Part shown: positions 28,627 to 39,519 of the stretch, one piece after another
Layout: the number at the start of each line of letters is the position of its first letter
How positions within the stretch are numbered: the first letter of the stretch is position 1
Origin: Candidatus Eiseniibacteriota bacterium
GTDB taxonomy: Bacteria > Eisenbacteria > RBG-16-71-46
Reading direction: 5' to 3'
DNA: 64,000 bases
NCBI GenBank assembly: GCA_044223005.1
Contig: JBGAML010000002.1
Coordinates: forward strand, 160,001-224,000
The notes under the pieces: model-generated
Told to the model about the DNA's origin: nothing
Seen by the model: only the letters and a program-made list of their open reading frames with translations
Databases searched by the model: none
Translations under genes and position numbers: made by a program

Positions 28627-30120
28627 ATGAGCGACTCCCCGAAGAAGATCTTCCGCGAGTCCGCGGTCGTCGTGCTCGTGCGTGGCACGGGCGAGCAGCT
28701 GGAGACCTGGTGGGTGCGGCGCAGCGACGCCGTCGCGTTCCAGCCCGGGTTCTGGGCATTCGTCGGCGGGAAGGTGGATGCGGCGGACGCGGAGCTCGAG
28801 CTCCCCGGTGTGGCCGACGAAGTCGAACGCGCCGCGCGGGCGTGCGCGATCCGCGAAGCGCTGGAGGAAGCCGGCGTACTGGTCGGCCTCGCGCCGGACG
28901 TGCCGGCGCCCTCCGCGGAAGCGCTCGCGTCCGCGCGCGCAAAGCTGCTCGCGAACGAGGCCACGCTCCCGCGGCTCGCACGCGAGCACGGCTGGCGGTT
29001 CGATCCGGCCGCGCTCGCGCTCGCGGGCCGCTGGCAGACGCCGCCCTTCGCGCCCGTGCGGTTCGACACGCTTTACTGCCTCGCGCGCGTGCCGGAGGGG
29101 CAGGAGCCGAACGTGATCCCGGGCGAGCTCGCTCTCGGAGAGTGGGTGCGGCCCGCCGACGCGCTCGCGCGCTGGCGGGAGGGGAGCGCCACGTTCGTCG
29201 CGCCGATCCTGTGGGCGCTCCAGTCCATGGCCGAGGGCGACGCGCGGCTCGCGGAGCGGCTGGCCGAGAACCCGCGGCGCGCCGCCGAGCCCGCGCGGCG
29301 GATCGAGATGATGTACGGCATCGTGCTCCATGCCATGCCCACGCGCCCGCTGCCGCCCGCGACGCACACGAACGCCTACTTCGTCGGCGAATCGGAGCTG
29401 GCGCTGATCGATCCCGGCAGCGGCGACCCGGCGGCGCTCGCGGAGCTCTTCGCGGTGGCCGACCTGCTCGCGAGTCACGGCCGGCGCGTGAAGACGATCG
29501 TCGTCACGCACCACCACCCCGATCACACGGGCGGCGTCGCGGCGTGCCGCGAGCGCTTCCGCGCGCCGGTGGCCGGGCACGTCGCGCTGGCGCCGCACCT
29601 CAAGCTGGACCTCGTGCTCGGCGACGGCGACACGCTCGCGCTCGCGCCCGGCGTGGGCGCGTGGGACCTCACGGTGCTCGCGACGCCCGGCCACACGCGC
29701 GACTCGATCTCGCTCTGGCACCCGCGCACGGGCGCGCTCTTCTGCGGCGACCTGGTGCCCGGCGGCCCCGGCACCGTGGTGATCGATCCGCCCGACGGCG
29801 ACATGGACGGCTACCTCGGCTCACTCGAGCGGATCGCCGCGCTGAAACCCCGCACGCTGTTCCCCGCGCACGGTTCGCCGCAAGGCGCGGTCGAGCGCCG
29901 CGTGCGCAAGCTGGTCGCGCACCGGCTCGAGCGCGAGGCGAAGGTGCTCGCCGCGCTGTCGGCCGCCGCCGCGCCGCCCGCGGACCTGGTCGCGATCGCG
30001 TACGCCGACACGCCGCGCGATCTCTGGGCGTGGGCCGAGCGCTCGCTGCTGGCGCACCTGCTGCGGCTGGAGCGCCAGGGCCGCGTCACACGCGAGGGCG
30101 ACGGCTGGCGGCGCGCGTGA
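28627..30120 (+). CDS. NUDIX + metallo-beta-lactamase (LACTB2-like) fusion protein
   Basis: FVGGKVD...AIREALEEAG NUDIX box with insertion; THHHPDH, TPGHT, GD, PAHG; C-terminal winged-helix-like LAHLLRL...GRV. Confidence 0.85.
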   Translation: MSDSPKKIFRESAVVVLVRGTGEQLETWWVRRSDAVAFQPGFWAFVGGKVDAADAELELPGVADEVERAARACAIREALEEAGVLVGLAPDVPAPSAEALASARAKLLANEATLPRLAREHGWRFDPAALALAGRWQTPPFAPVRFDTLYCLARVPEGQEPNVIPGELALGEWVRPADALARWREGSATFVAPILWALQSMAEGDARLAERLAENPRRAAEPARRIEMMYGIVLHAMPTRPLPPATHTNAYFVGESELALIDPGSGDPAALAELFAVADLLASHGRRVKTIVVTHHHPDHTGGVAACRERFRAPVAGHVALAPHLKLDLVLGDGDTLALAPGVGAWDLTVLATPGHTRDSISLWHPRTGALFCGDLVPGGPGTVVIDPPDGDMDGYLGSLERIAALKPRTLFPAHGSPQGAVERRVRKLVAHRLEREAKVLAALSAAAAPPADLVAIAYADTPRDLWAWAERSLLAHLLRLERQGRVTREGDGWRRA

Positions 30121-30232
30121 GCCGCGCGTCCTTGCACGCGGATGCGCGCGGAGTAGAGTGGGCGCTCGCGAACTCCCCCGAGCCCGTTCCGGATCAGGGC
30201 CGCGCTCCGGCCCGCCGCACTGGAGTTCCGAC

Positions 30233-30841
30233 ATGACGCCCGACGATCCCGCCGCCCCGGCCGCAGCGCCCGACACGTGCGCGCAGTGCGGCAAGTCCCT
30301 CGCCGCCGACGACCGCGTCGAGAGCGGCGGCCGCGGCTTCTGCCGCGCCTGCTACGGCTCGCTCCGCGCGGAACTGCAGCAATACGTCGAGGCCACCTCG
30401 AGTGACATCAACTACCTGAACGCGGGGGTCGGGGCCGTGCTCGGCGGGGCCGCCGGCGCGCTCGCGTGGTGGGGGTTCACCGTGCTGACCAAGATCTCGT
30501 TCGGCCTGATCGCCGTCGTGATCGGGTATGCGGTCGGCCACGGCACGGTGCGCTTCTCCGGCGGCAAGCGTTCGAGCGGACTGCAGGCGCTCTCGGTCGG
30601 CGTCGCCGTCGCGAGCTTCCTCGTCGCGACGTACCTCGTGAACATGACGTTCATCAACCGGCAGCTCGCGCAGCAGGGCGAGGCGTTCCGGATCGCGTTC
30701 CCGCCGCAGAACCTCACCGTGTTCGGCAAGGTGCTGACCGCCGGCGCCGGGATCATGGACGCGGTGTTCCTCGCGATCGTCGTGTGGGAAGCGTGGAAGA
30801 TCCCGAGGCCGCTCGTGCTCCCGCCCGACGCCTCGGCATGA
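30233..30841 (+). CDS. Hypothetical membrane protein with N-terminal CxxC..CxxC zinc ribbon
   Basis: CAQC...CRAC followed by about 4 TM helices; SD GGAG. Confidence 0.75.
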   Translation: MTPDDPAAPAAAPDTCAQCGKSLAADDRVESGGRGFCRACYGSLRAELQQYVEATSSDINYLNAGVGAVLGGAAGALAWWGFTVLTKISFGLIAVVIGYAVGHGTVRFSGGKRSSGLQALSVGVAVASFLVATYLVNMTFINRQLAQQGEAFRIAFPPQNLTVFGKVLTAGAGIMDAVFLAIVVWEAWKIPRPLVLPPDASA

Positions 30842-31695
30842 GCGAGCCGCCCGCGGATTCCGGGCAGCGCCGGATCGAGAACCTGCGCGCGGTGCTCGCG
30901 GGCTCGCGGCCCGCCGCGCCCGGGCCGGTGCCGGCCGCGCCGCCCGGTGACGCCGTGCCGCGCTCGCACCGCGCGCGCAACGGCACGCTGGGCTCGATCG
31001 GCGCGGCGCTGCTCGTGCTCGCGGGCAAGCTCAAGTTCCTCGGCTTCCTCGCCGCGGCGCTCAAGCTCAAGACCCTGCTCACGATCCTGCTCAGCATCTC
31101 GCTGTACGCGACGCAGTGGGGGCTGCCGTTCGCGACCGGGTTCGTGCTGTTGATCCTCGTGCACGAACTCGGGCACGCCGCCGTGCTGCATCGCGAAGGG
31201 ATCCCGGCCGGCGCACCCGTGTTCATTCCGTTCTTCGGCGCGTTCATCGCCATGCGTGGCCGGCCGCGCGACGCGTACGTCGAGGCCAAGGTCGCGCTCG
31301 GCGGCCCGATCGCGGGCTCGCTCGCGTCGTGGGCCGTGCTGGCCGCCGGGCTGACGACGGGCCGTCCGCTGCTCGTGGGCCTCGGCCACGCGAGCGCGCT
31401 GCTCAACCTCTTCAACCTGATCCCGGTCTCGCCGCTCGACGGCGGCCGGGCCGCGGGCGCGTTCAGCCGCCCGTTCTGGATCGTCTGGTACGTTGCGGGC
31501 ATCGCCGCGCTCGCCGTCACCCGCTCGCCGCTGCTGCTGCTCGTGCTGCTCGCGGGCCTGTGGACGATGTGGCGCCGGTGGAAGCATCCCGTGCCCGGCT
31601 ACCACGACATCTCCCGCGGGCAGCGCCTCGCGATCGGGCTCACCTACGGCGCGCTCGTCCTCGCGCTGACGGCGACGCTCTCGTGGGGCGCCTGA
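30838..31695 (+). CDS. Site-2 protease (M50) family protein
   Basis: HELGH, GGP, NLIPVSPLDGG; ATGA overlap with the upstream gene. Confidence 0.9.
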   Translation: MSEPPADSGQRRIENLRAVLAGSRPAAPGPVPAAPPGDAVPRSHRARNGTLGSIGAALLVLAGKLKFLGFLAAALKLKTLLTILLSISLYATQWGLPFATGFVLLILVHELGHAAVLHREGIPAGAPVFIPFFGAFIAMRGRPRDAYVEAKVALGGPIAGSLASWAVLAAGLTTGRPLLVGLGHASALLNLFNLIPVSPLDGGRAAGAFSRPFWIVWYVAGIAALAVTRSPLLLLVLLAGLWTMWRRWKHPVPGYHDISRGQRLAIGLTYGALVLALTATLSWGA

Positions 31696-31791
31696 CGTTC
31701 GCGAGTCCGGCAACGCCCCCTTGCCGCGGCCCCGCACCCGTTCCACCATGCGTCCTCGAACGCCGCGCGCGCGGCGCACACGGGAGGATGC

Positions 31792-32610
31792 ATGCAGGCA
31801 TTGATCTGGATCGCGGTCGGCGTGCTCGCCGGCTGGGCGGCCGGGCTGTTGATGAAGGGCCGCGACTACGGCGTCGTGGGCAACCTGATCCTCGGACTCA
31901 CCGGTAGCCTCGTCGGCGGCTGGGTGATGTCGCTGCTCGGTTACGACGCTCCCGGCGACCTGCTGCGGCATGCGGTCGTGTCGTTGCTCGGGGCCATGCT
32001 CGTGCTGGGCGTCGCGCGCCGGCTCAAGCCCGTGTCGCGCCAGGGCCGCAAGGTGCTCGGCGACGTGGCGGCGCTCACCGACGTCGAGGCGCACTTCCGC
32101 AAGCTGGGCGATCTCGAGCGCCGCGCGTGGGCGCGGCTGCTGAAGCGCGAGACCAAGCCGCGCAACCCGAACGCCGAGTTCGAGGAGCAGATGACGTTCG
32201 GCCAGCGCGTCGCCGACCGCGTCGCGACGTTCGGCGGCAGCTGGACGTTCATCGGGATCTTCCTGCTCCTGATGCTGATCTGGATGATGATCAACACCAT
32301 CATCCGCAAGCCCTTCGATCCCTATCCGTTCATCCTCTTGAACCTCTGTCTCTCGTGCCTCGCGGCGCTGCAGGCGCCGGTGATCATGATGAGCCAGAAC
32401 CGCCAGGCGGCGAAGGACCGGCTCATGGCGAGCAACGACTACGAAGTGAACCTGCGCACCGAGATGGAACTGTCCAAGCTGCACGTCCGTTTCGACGAGC
32501 TGCGCGAGAAGCAGTGGGCGGAGCTGGTCGAGATGCAGCGCCGGCAGATCGAGCTGCTGGAGCGCCTGCTGCGCGAGCGCGAGGCGGGCGGGAGCGGCGC
32601 GGGCGCCTGA
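31792..32610 (+). CDS. GlsB/YeaQ/YmgE-like N-terminus fused to a DUF1003 domain
   Basis: WIAVGVLAGWAAGLLMKG..GVVGNLILG; FGGSWTFI, FDPYPFILLNLCLSCLAALQAPVIMMSQNRQ. Confidence 0.82.
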   Translation: MQALIWIAVGVLAGWAAGLLMKGRDYGVVGNLILGLTGSLVGGWVMSLLGYDAPGDLLRHAVVSLLGAMLVLGVARRLKPVSRQGRKVLGDVAALTDVEAHFRKLGDLERRAWARLLKRETKPRNPNAEFEEQMTFGQRVADRVATFGGSWTFIGIFLLLMLIWMMINTIIRKPFDPYPFILLNLCLSCLAALQAPVIMMSQNRQAAKDRLMASNDYEVNLRTEMELSKLHVRFDELREKQWAELVEMQRRQIELLERLLREREAGGSGAGA

Positions 32611-32752
32611 AACCACGCGCAGGAGCCGCGCGCGAGGCTCAGGGGCCGAGCGAGTCGCCGAGTCCGCCGCGTTGACGCCGACCCGGCCCGGGCCTAGCGT
32701 CCGGCCCGCGTCCGCGGAATCTCCCGCGGCCCCTCGCCTCGGAGGTGATCGG

Positions 32753-33280
32753 ATGATCCTTCGCCGTGTTCTCTTCGGCGTCACCGCGCTCGCGATGCTG
32801 CTCGTCGCCGGCACCGCGCTCGCGCAGGGCGGGAAGCCCGTGCAGCTCTCACTGTTCAATCCCGTGCAGCTCGTTCCCGAGAAGGAGAGCATCTCGGGGC
32901 TGCGCCTGAACCTGATCTACGGCGTCAACCAGAACGTGCAGGGCCTCGACTGGGGTCTCGTCAATCACACGCGCGGCGACGAGTTCGCGTGGCAGCTGGG
33001 CGGCGTGTGCTACGTCGAGAAGAACATGACCGGTTGGCAGGACGGCTGGGTGAACATCACGCAGGGCGAGTTCACCGGCTTCCAGAGCGGCCTCTTCAAC
33101 CAGGCGGGCCAGGGCAACGGCGTCATGTTCGGCGTCGTCAACGTGACGAAGTCGATGCACGGGCTGCAGCTCGGCATCCTCAACGTGACCGAGACGCTGA
33201 ACGGCCTGCAGATCGGCATCGGCAACATGGTGCAGAAGGGCAAGACGCCGTTCCTACCCATCGTGAACTGGTCTCACTGA
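32753..33280 (+). CDS. Secreted short-repeat protein (LA_2272-like surface repeat)
   Basis: Signal peptide; repeated GxQxGxxN units; ends FLPIVNW. Confidence 0.75.
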   Translation: MILRRVLFGVTALAMLLVAGTALAQGGKPVQLSLFNPVQLVPEKESISGLRLNLIYGVNQNVQGLDWGLVNHTRGDEFAWQLGGVCYVEKNMTGWQDGWVNITQGEFTGFQSGLFNQAGQGNGVMFGVVNVTKSMHGLQLGILNVTETLNGLQIGIGNMVQKGKTPFLPIVNWSH

Positions 33281-33444
33281 CGCGGCCACACCACGCCCGA
33301 CGGCCACGCCCGCGCCCGCGGACGTGGCCGTCCGCGTTCGGGGCGACGCTGCGGCCGGCGAACGCCGCATTCGCGTCCCGGCGCGCGCTCGCCTACGCTG
33401 GGCGGCGTTCCCGCGCACCCACCCATGCCTCCCGGAGTCCCGTC

Positions 33445-34905
33445 ATGTCGAGCACGTCCGCCATTGCCGGCCTCGAACCCGCCGCCCTCTGGAAGTACTT
33501 CGCCGAGCTCGCCCGCATCCCGCGCGAGTCCAAGCACGAGAAGGCCGCGGGCGACTGGGTCGTGCGCGTCGCGAAGGAACTCGGACTGCCCTGCGAGCGC
33601 GATCGCGTCGGCAATGTGCTCGTGCGCAAGCCGGCATCGCCTGGGCGCGAGCACGCGCGCTCGCTCTGCCTGCAGGGCCACCTCGACATGGTGTGCGTGG
33701 CGGCGCCCGGCAAGCGCCACGACTTCGCGAACGATCCGATCGAACTCGTGCGCCGCGGTGAATGGCTGGGGGCCGACGGCACGACGCTCGGCGCCGACAA
33801 CGGCATCGCCGTCGCGACCATGCTCGCGATCGCCGCGGACCGCTCGCTCGTGCACGGTCCGCTCGAACTGCTCTTCACGATCGACGAGGAGACCGGGCTG
33901 ACCGGCGCGCACTCGCTCGAGCCCGGATGGCTCGAGAGCGGCATGCTGATCAACCTCGACACCGAGGAAGAGGGCGAGCTGTGCGTCGGCTGCGCCGGCG
34001 GCCGCGACACCAACGGATCGTGGGAGCTGGTGCTGGAGCCGCTGCCCGCTGGCTGGGCCGCGCTCGACGTCGCCGTGACCGGCCTCAAGGGCGGGCACTC
34101 CGGCGTCGAGATCCACCAGGGCCGCGCCAACGCGATCAAGCTGCTGAACCGCGTGATCGCCGCGCTCGACCCGCTGCGCGCGCGGATCGCCCGCTTCGAG
34201 GGCGGCAGCAAGCGCAACGCGATTCCCGCCGAGGCGCGCGCCGTGGTCTGCGTGCGCAAGACCGACGTGGACGCCGCGCGCGAGCGGATCGCCGCGCTGC
34301 GGGCGGTCCTGCGCGCCGAGATCCCCACCGTGGAGCCCGGGCTCGACGTGGTCGCGGGCAGTTCGCGCAGCCGGCCCACGCGCGTCTGGGCGCGCGCGCT
34401 GCAGCGCAAGGTCCAGCGCACGATCACCGGGCTGCCCCACGGGGTCACCAAGATGAGCGCCGAGATTCCGGGGCTCGTCGAGACCTCGACCAACGTCGCC
34501 GTGCTCACGCAGGGGCCGCGTGCGATCACGCTCGCGACCAGCCAGCGCAGCATGGTCGAGTCGGAGAAGCAGGACGTGATCGACACCGTCACGGCCGTCC
34601 TCGACCTGGGCGGCGCCACGGTTTCCGGCAGCGACGGCTATCCCGGCTGGAAGCCGGACCTGGCCTCGCGCGTGCTCGCCGCCTCGCGCGACGTGTATCG
34701 CGAGCAGTACGGCAAGGAGCCGCTCGTGCGCGCGATCCACGCCGGGCTCGAGTGCGGCATCATCGGCGAGAAGTACCCGGGCATGGACATGGTCTCGCTC
34801 GGGCCCACGATCACCGGCGCGCATTCGCCCGAGGAGGCGGTGGAGATCGCCAGCGTGCGCCGGTACTGGGATGCGCTGCTCGCGATTCTCGCGCGGATCG
34901 ACTGA
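33445..34905 (+). CDS. pepD: Aminoacyl-histidine dipeptidase (M20C)
   Basis: LQGHLDMV, GTTLGADNGI, DEETGLTGA, GGHSG, IHAGLECG, HSPEE. Confidence 0.93.
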   Translation: MSSTSAIAGLEPAALWKYFAELARIPRESKHEKAAGDWVVRVAKELGLPCERDRVGNVLVRKPASPGREHARSLCLQGHLDMVCVAAPGKRHDFANDPIELVRRGEWLGADGTTLGADNGIAVATMLAIAADRSLVHGPLELLFTIDEETGLTGAHSLEPGWLESGMLINLDTEEEGELCVGCAGGRDTNGSWELVLEPLPAGWAALDVAVTGLKGGHSGVEIHQGRANAIKLLNRVIAALDPLRARIARFEGGSKRNAIPAEARAVVCVRKTDVDAARERIAALRAVLRAEIPTVEPGLDVVAGSSRSRPTRVWARALQRKVQRTITGLPHGVTKMSAEIPGLVETSTNVAVLTQGPRAITLATSQRSMVESEKQDVIDTVTAVLDLGGATVSGSDGYPGWKPDLASRVLAASRDVYREQYGKEPLVRAIHAGLECGIIGEKYPGMDMVSLGPTITGAHSPEEAVEIASVRRYWDALLAILARID

Positions 34906-34916
34906 AGTCCCGCATG

Positions 34917-34957
34917 CGCACGGCGGCGGCTCGCGACGCGGGCCGCCGCCCCGTGCG
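34917..34957. terminator. Hairpin between convergent pepD and uup
   Basis: GGCGGCGGCTCGC-GAC-GCGGGCCGCCGCC stem with one G-U pair. Confidence 0.55.
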
Positions 34958-36757
<1,800 letters not shown>

Positions 36758-36927
36758 GGGCTCCCGGACGGGCTGGAGGCGGTGCCGGCGGACGCCGGCG
36801 GGGACGGGCCGCGCACTGTGCGGCAGCGTTCGCGCGCGTGCAAACGTCACCCACGACCGGCGTGTGGCCGATTCGCGGGGCGCGGCCGCGTTCGCGCTCC
36901 GCCGCCCGCTCGCCTACGCTGCGGCTC

Positions 36928-38256
36928 ATGTCCACCCGCCACGTTCTCGTGATCGGCGCCGGCGCCGCCGGGCTCACCGCCGCGCTGCGCGCCGCGCAGG
37001 GCGGCGCGCGCGTCACGCTCGCCAACGCGCATCCCCGGCCCGGGCTCAAGATCCTGATGAGCGGCGGCACGCGCTGCAACGTCACGCACCGCGAGGTGAG
37101 CGAGCGCGACTTCGAGGGCGGCTCGCGCCACGTGATCGCGCGCATCCTGCGCGCGTTCCCCGTGCCGATGACGCTCGCCTGGTTCACCGACGAGCTCGGC
37201 GTGACGCTCAAACTCGAGGAGACCGGCAAGTACTTCCCGGAGAGCGACGACGCGCAGACCGTACTCGATGCGCTGCTCGGCGCATGTTCGCGCGCGGGCG
37301 TCATGACCCGGTTCGGCGCGCGCATCGTGCGGCTCGAACGCGCGGGCGAGCGCTGGCGCGCGGGCGTGCAGCCGATCGCCGACGCGGGCGCGCTGGGCGC
37401 CGAGGTCGTGGAGGCCGCGCGCGAGCGCTGGCCGCTGCCCGCCGCACCGCCCGCGGAATGGCTCGAGGCCGATGCGGTGATCCTCGCCACCGGTGGACTC
37501 TCGTTTCCGCGCACCGGCAGCGACGGCAGCGGCTACGCGCTCGCGACCGCGCTCGGCCACACGCTGGTGCCGCCCGTGCCCGCGCTCACGCCGCTCACGG
37601 CGGTGGATCCCATCTGCCGCGGCGCGCAGGGCGTCACGCTGGAGGCGCAGCTCGCGCTCTGGGTGGACGGCCGCGTCGCCGAGCGCTCACACGGCTCGCT
37701 GCTCTTCGCCCACTTCGGCCTGAGCGGTCCCGCCGCGCTGGACCTGTCGCGCCACTGGCACCGCGCGGAAGGGAAGGCGCGACGCGTGACGATGTCGTTC
37801 GCCCCCGGCGAGACGTTCGAGACGCTGGAGCGCGCGTGGGTGACGTACGCCGAGACGCATGGCCGCCGCGGCACGCGCACGTGGCTCGCCGAGCGGCTGC
37901 CCGAGCGGATCGCCGACATCGTCACCGCCGAAAGCGGCATCGGCGGCGCCGCGATGAGCCAGGTGCCCCGCGAGCGCCGCGTCGCGCTGCTGCGACGATT
38001 GCTGGAGCGCGACCTCGGCGTGACCGGCACGCTCGGCTACGAGAAGGCCGAAGTCACCGCGGGCGGCGTGCCGCTCACGGAGGTCGACGCCTCCACGCTT
38101 CAGTCGCGCGTCGCCCCGGGCCTGTGGCTCTGCGGCGAGATCCTCGACGTCGAGGGACGGCTGGGAGGATTCAACTTCCAGTGGGCGTGGTCGAGCGGGA
38201 CGGTGGCGGGGAAGGCGGCGGCCAGATCTTCCGAGGACGATCAGGCGCGCAAGTGA
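36928..38256 (+). CDS. HI0933/YhiN/BaiN family flavoprotein
   Basis: IGAGAAG, KILMSGGTRCNVT, ATGGLSFP.TGSDGSGY, GLSGPA, VTAGGV, GEILDVEGRLGGFNFQWAWSSG. Confidence 0.93.
   Translation: MSTRHVLVIGAGAAGLTAALRAAQGGARVTLANAHPRPGLKILMSGGTRCNVTHREVSERDFEGGSRHVIARILRAFPVPMTLAWFTDELGVTLKLEETGKYFPESDDAQTVLDALLGACSRAGVMTRFGARIVRLERAGERWRAGVQPIADAGALGAEVVEAARERWPLPAAPPAEWLEADAVILATGGLSFPRTGSDGSGYALATALGHTLVPPVPALTPLTAVDPICRGAQGVTLEAQLALWVDGRVAERSHGSLLFAHFGLSGPAALDLSRHWHRAEGKARRVTMSFAPGETFETLERAWVTYAETHGRRGTRTWLAERLPERIADIVTAESGIGGAAMSQVPRERRVALLRRLLERDLGVTGTLGYEKAEVTAGGVPLTEVDASTLQSRVAPGLWLCGEILDVEGRLGGFNFQWAWSSGTVAGKAAARSSEDDQARK
38175..38211 (+). repeat. att-like direct repeat, copy 1 (inside the flavoprotein 3' end)
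   Basis: CTTCCAGTGGGCGTGGTCGAGCGGGACGGTGGCGGGG, encoding FQWAWSSGTVAG. Confidence 0.9.
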
Positions 38257-38336
38257 AGGGACCGCCCGCCCCGTCGACGATCGTTCGTGAAAGTCGAGTC
38301 CGAACCTGAAGGAGCGGACGACGTCCCGCGCGGCTC

Positions 38337-38562
38337 TTGATCCGGCAGTTCGCTTCGATCCAGCGGACTGTCCCCGAACGACCACCGCGCCACGCCCGGC
38401 AGCCCGAATGCATTGGTGACCGGGTTGCGTACCCAGGTGCCGAATTGCGTTCGGGGCGCAAACGATCGGGCAAAACCAATGTCGGCACGAATCGGCGCGG
38501 CGCGGCCAACTCGCAAGCGTGGGCCCAGCAATGCCCGCGCCGACGTTCAGGACTGCACGTTC
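38337..38562 (-). pseudogene. Internally deleted FAD-dependent monooxygenase remnant
   Basis: N-terminal VLNVGAGIAGPTLASWPRRA/(frameshift)FVPTLV abuts C-terminal-like FARSFAPRTQFGTWVRNPVTNAFGLPGVARWSFGD.PLDR.ELPD in another frame. Confidence 0.7.
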
Positions 38563-38711
38563 GACGCACGCGGAAGTGCTCGCGGCCCTGACGGACTCCC
38601 CACCGGGGACGATCGAACATCGCGCAGCAGCGGAGAGCGAAGCCACCATTCGAGTCGGAAATCCCTGGGCCCCGGATCAAAAGGTGCGGGCGGACGCAAT
38701 CCAACGAGTCA

Positions 38712-38758
38712 TTGACACGGGTCCCCGCATCGGGAAAACTTGACCAGCGGGTCAAGTT
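38712..38758 (+). promoter_or_regulatory. Promoter plus TGACC-N4-GGTCA operator upstream of the TetR pseudogene
   Basis: TTGACA-N17-AAAACT followed directly by the palindrome AACTTGACC-AGCG-GGTCAAGTT (38737-38758). Confidence 0.7.
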
Positions 38759-38788
38759 CGACATGAGCGATCGGTCGAGTTCGCGGGA

Positions 38789-39516
38789 GTGGTGGTGTTG
38801 AAAGTGCCGTCACGGCCCTCGGGGGAAGCGGGCGAGCGGGAAAGGCGCGAGGTGGTGGCTCGTCGCGAGTGGGTTCGCGCGGGGCGCCGAAGGTTCAGCG
38901 GGCATGGGCCGAGCGAGGCCCGCATCGAAGATCTGACCACGGAGGCCGGAAGCGCCAAGGGCACGGTCGACACGTACCTTTCCGACGAGGCTGGACACCT
39001 CTGCGAGGTGGCGGCGGGGTACGCGAAGCTCGAAGCGTGCGTTGCGCGACGAGTTCGAAGAGGTGGAGGAGAAGCGGAGGTTCCGCGGCGGGCGGTTCGA
39101 ACTCATCTTCGGTTCTTCGACGTGAACCCGGACCTGATGCGAATCCACCATCGAGTGCGGGGGATGCTCGAGTTCGACCGACCGGAACGGCTCCCGCGGC
39201 GGAACACGATGAGCGCCTGTCTCGCGGCGCTGAGTCAGATCCTTTCCGTCGTTCCGCGCCTGAGTCGGATACGGCGAAGGACCGCCTGACGCTCGCCCGC
39301 ATGTTGTTCGCGGCCATCTCGGGCGTCCGATCGGTCCAGACGACGAGCGAGCCGCACGCTCGGAAGCGTCGTGGCTCACGGGCACTCGGGGACGGCATCG
39401 TCGCGATGGTGCTCGCCTTCATCGACACCCGCGAGTGCTCTGGACGGCGGCAGGGATCGCACGATCCGTCTCGGCGCGATCCACGGGTCGATGTTGTCGA
39501 CCCAGGAGGGAGGTAG
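38789..39516 (+). pseudogene. Degenerate, frameshifted TetR regulator, homolog of the TetR at 60450
   Basis: RIEDLT.EAG.AKGT, HL.FF..NPDLMR..H.VRG.L.FD.PE in one frame. The C-terminal A.MLF.AISGV.SV continues in another frame (shift near 39250-39290). HTH residues are decayed. Confidence 0.8.
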
Positions 39517-39519
39517 ACC

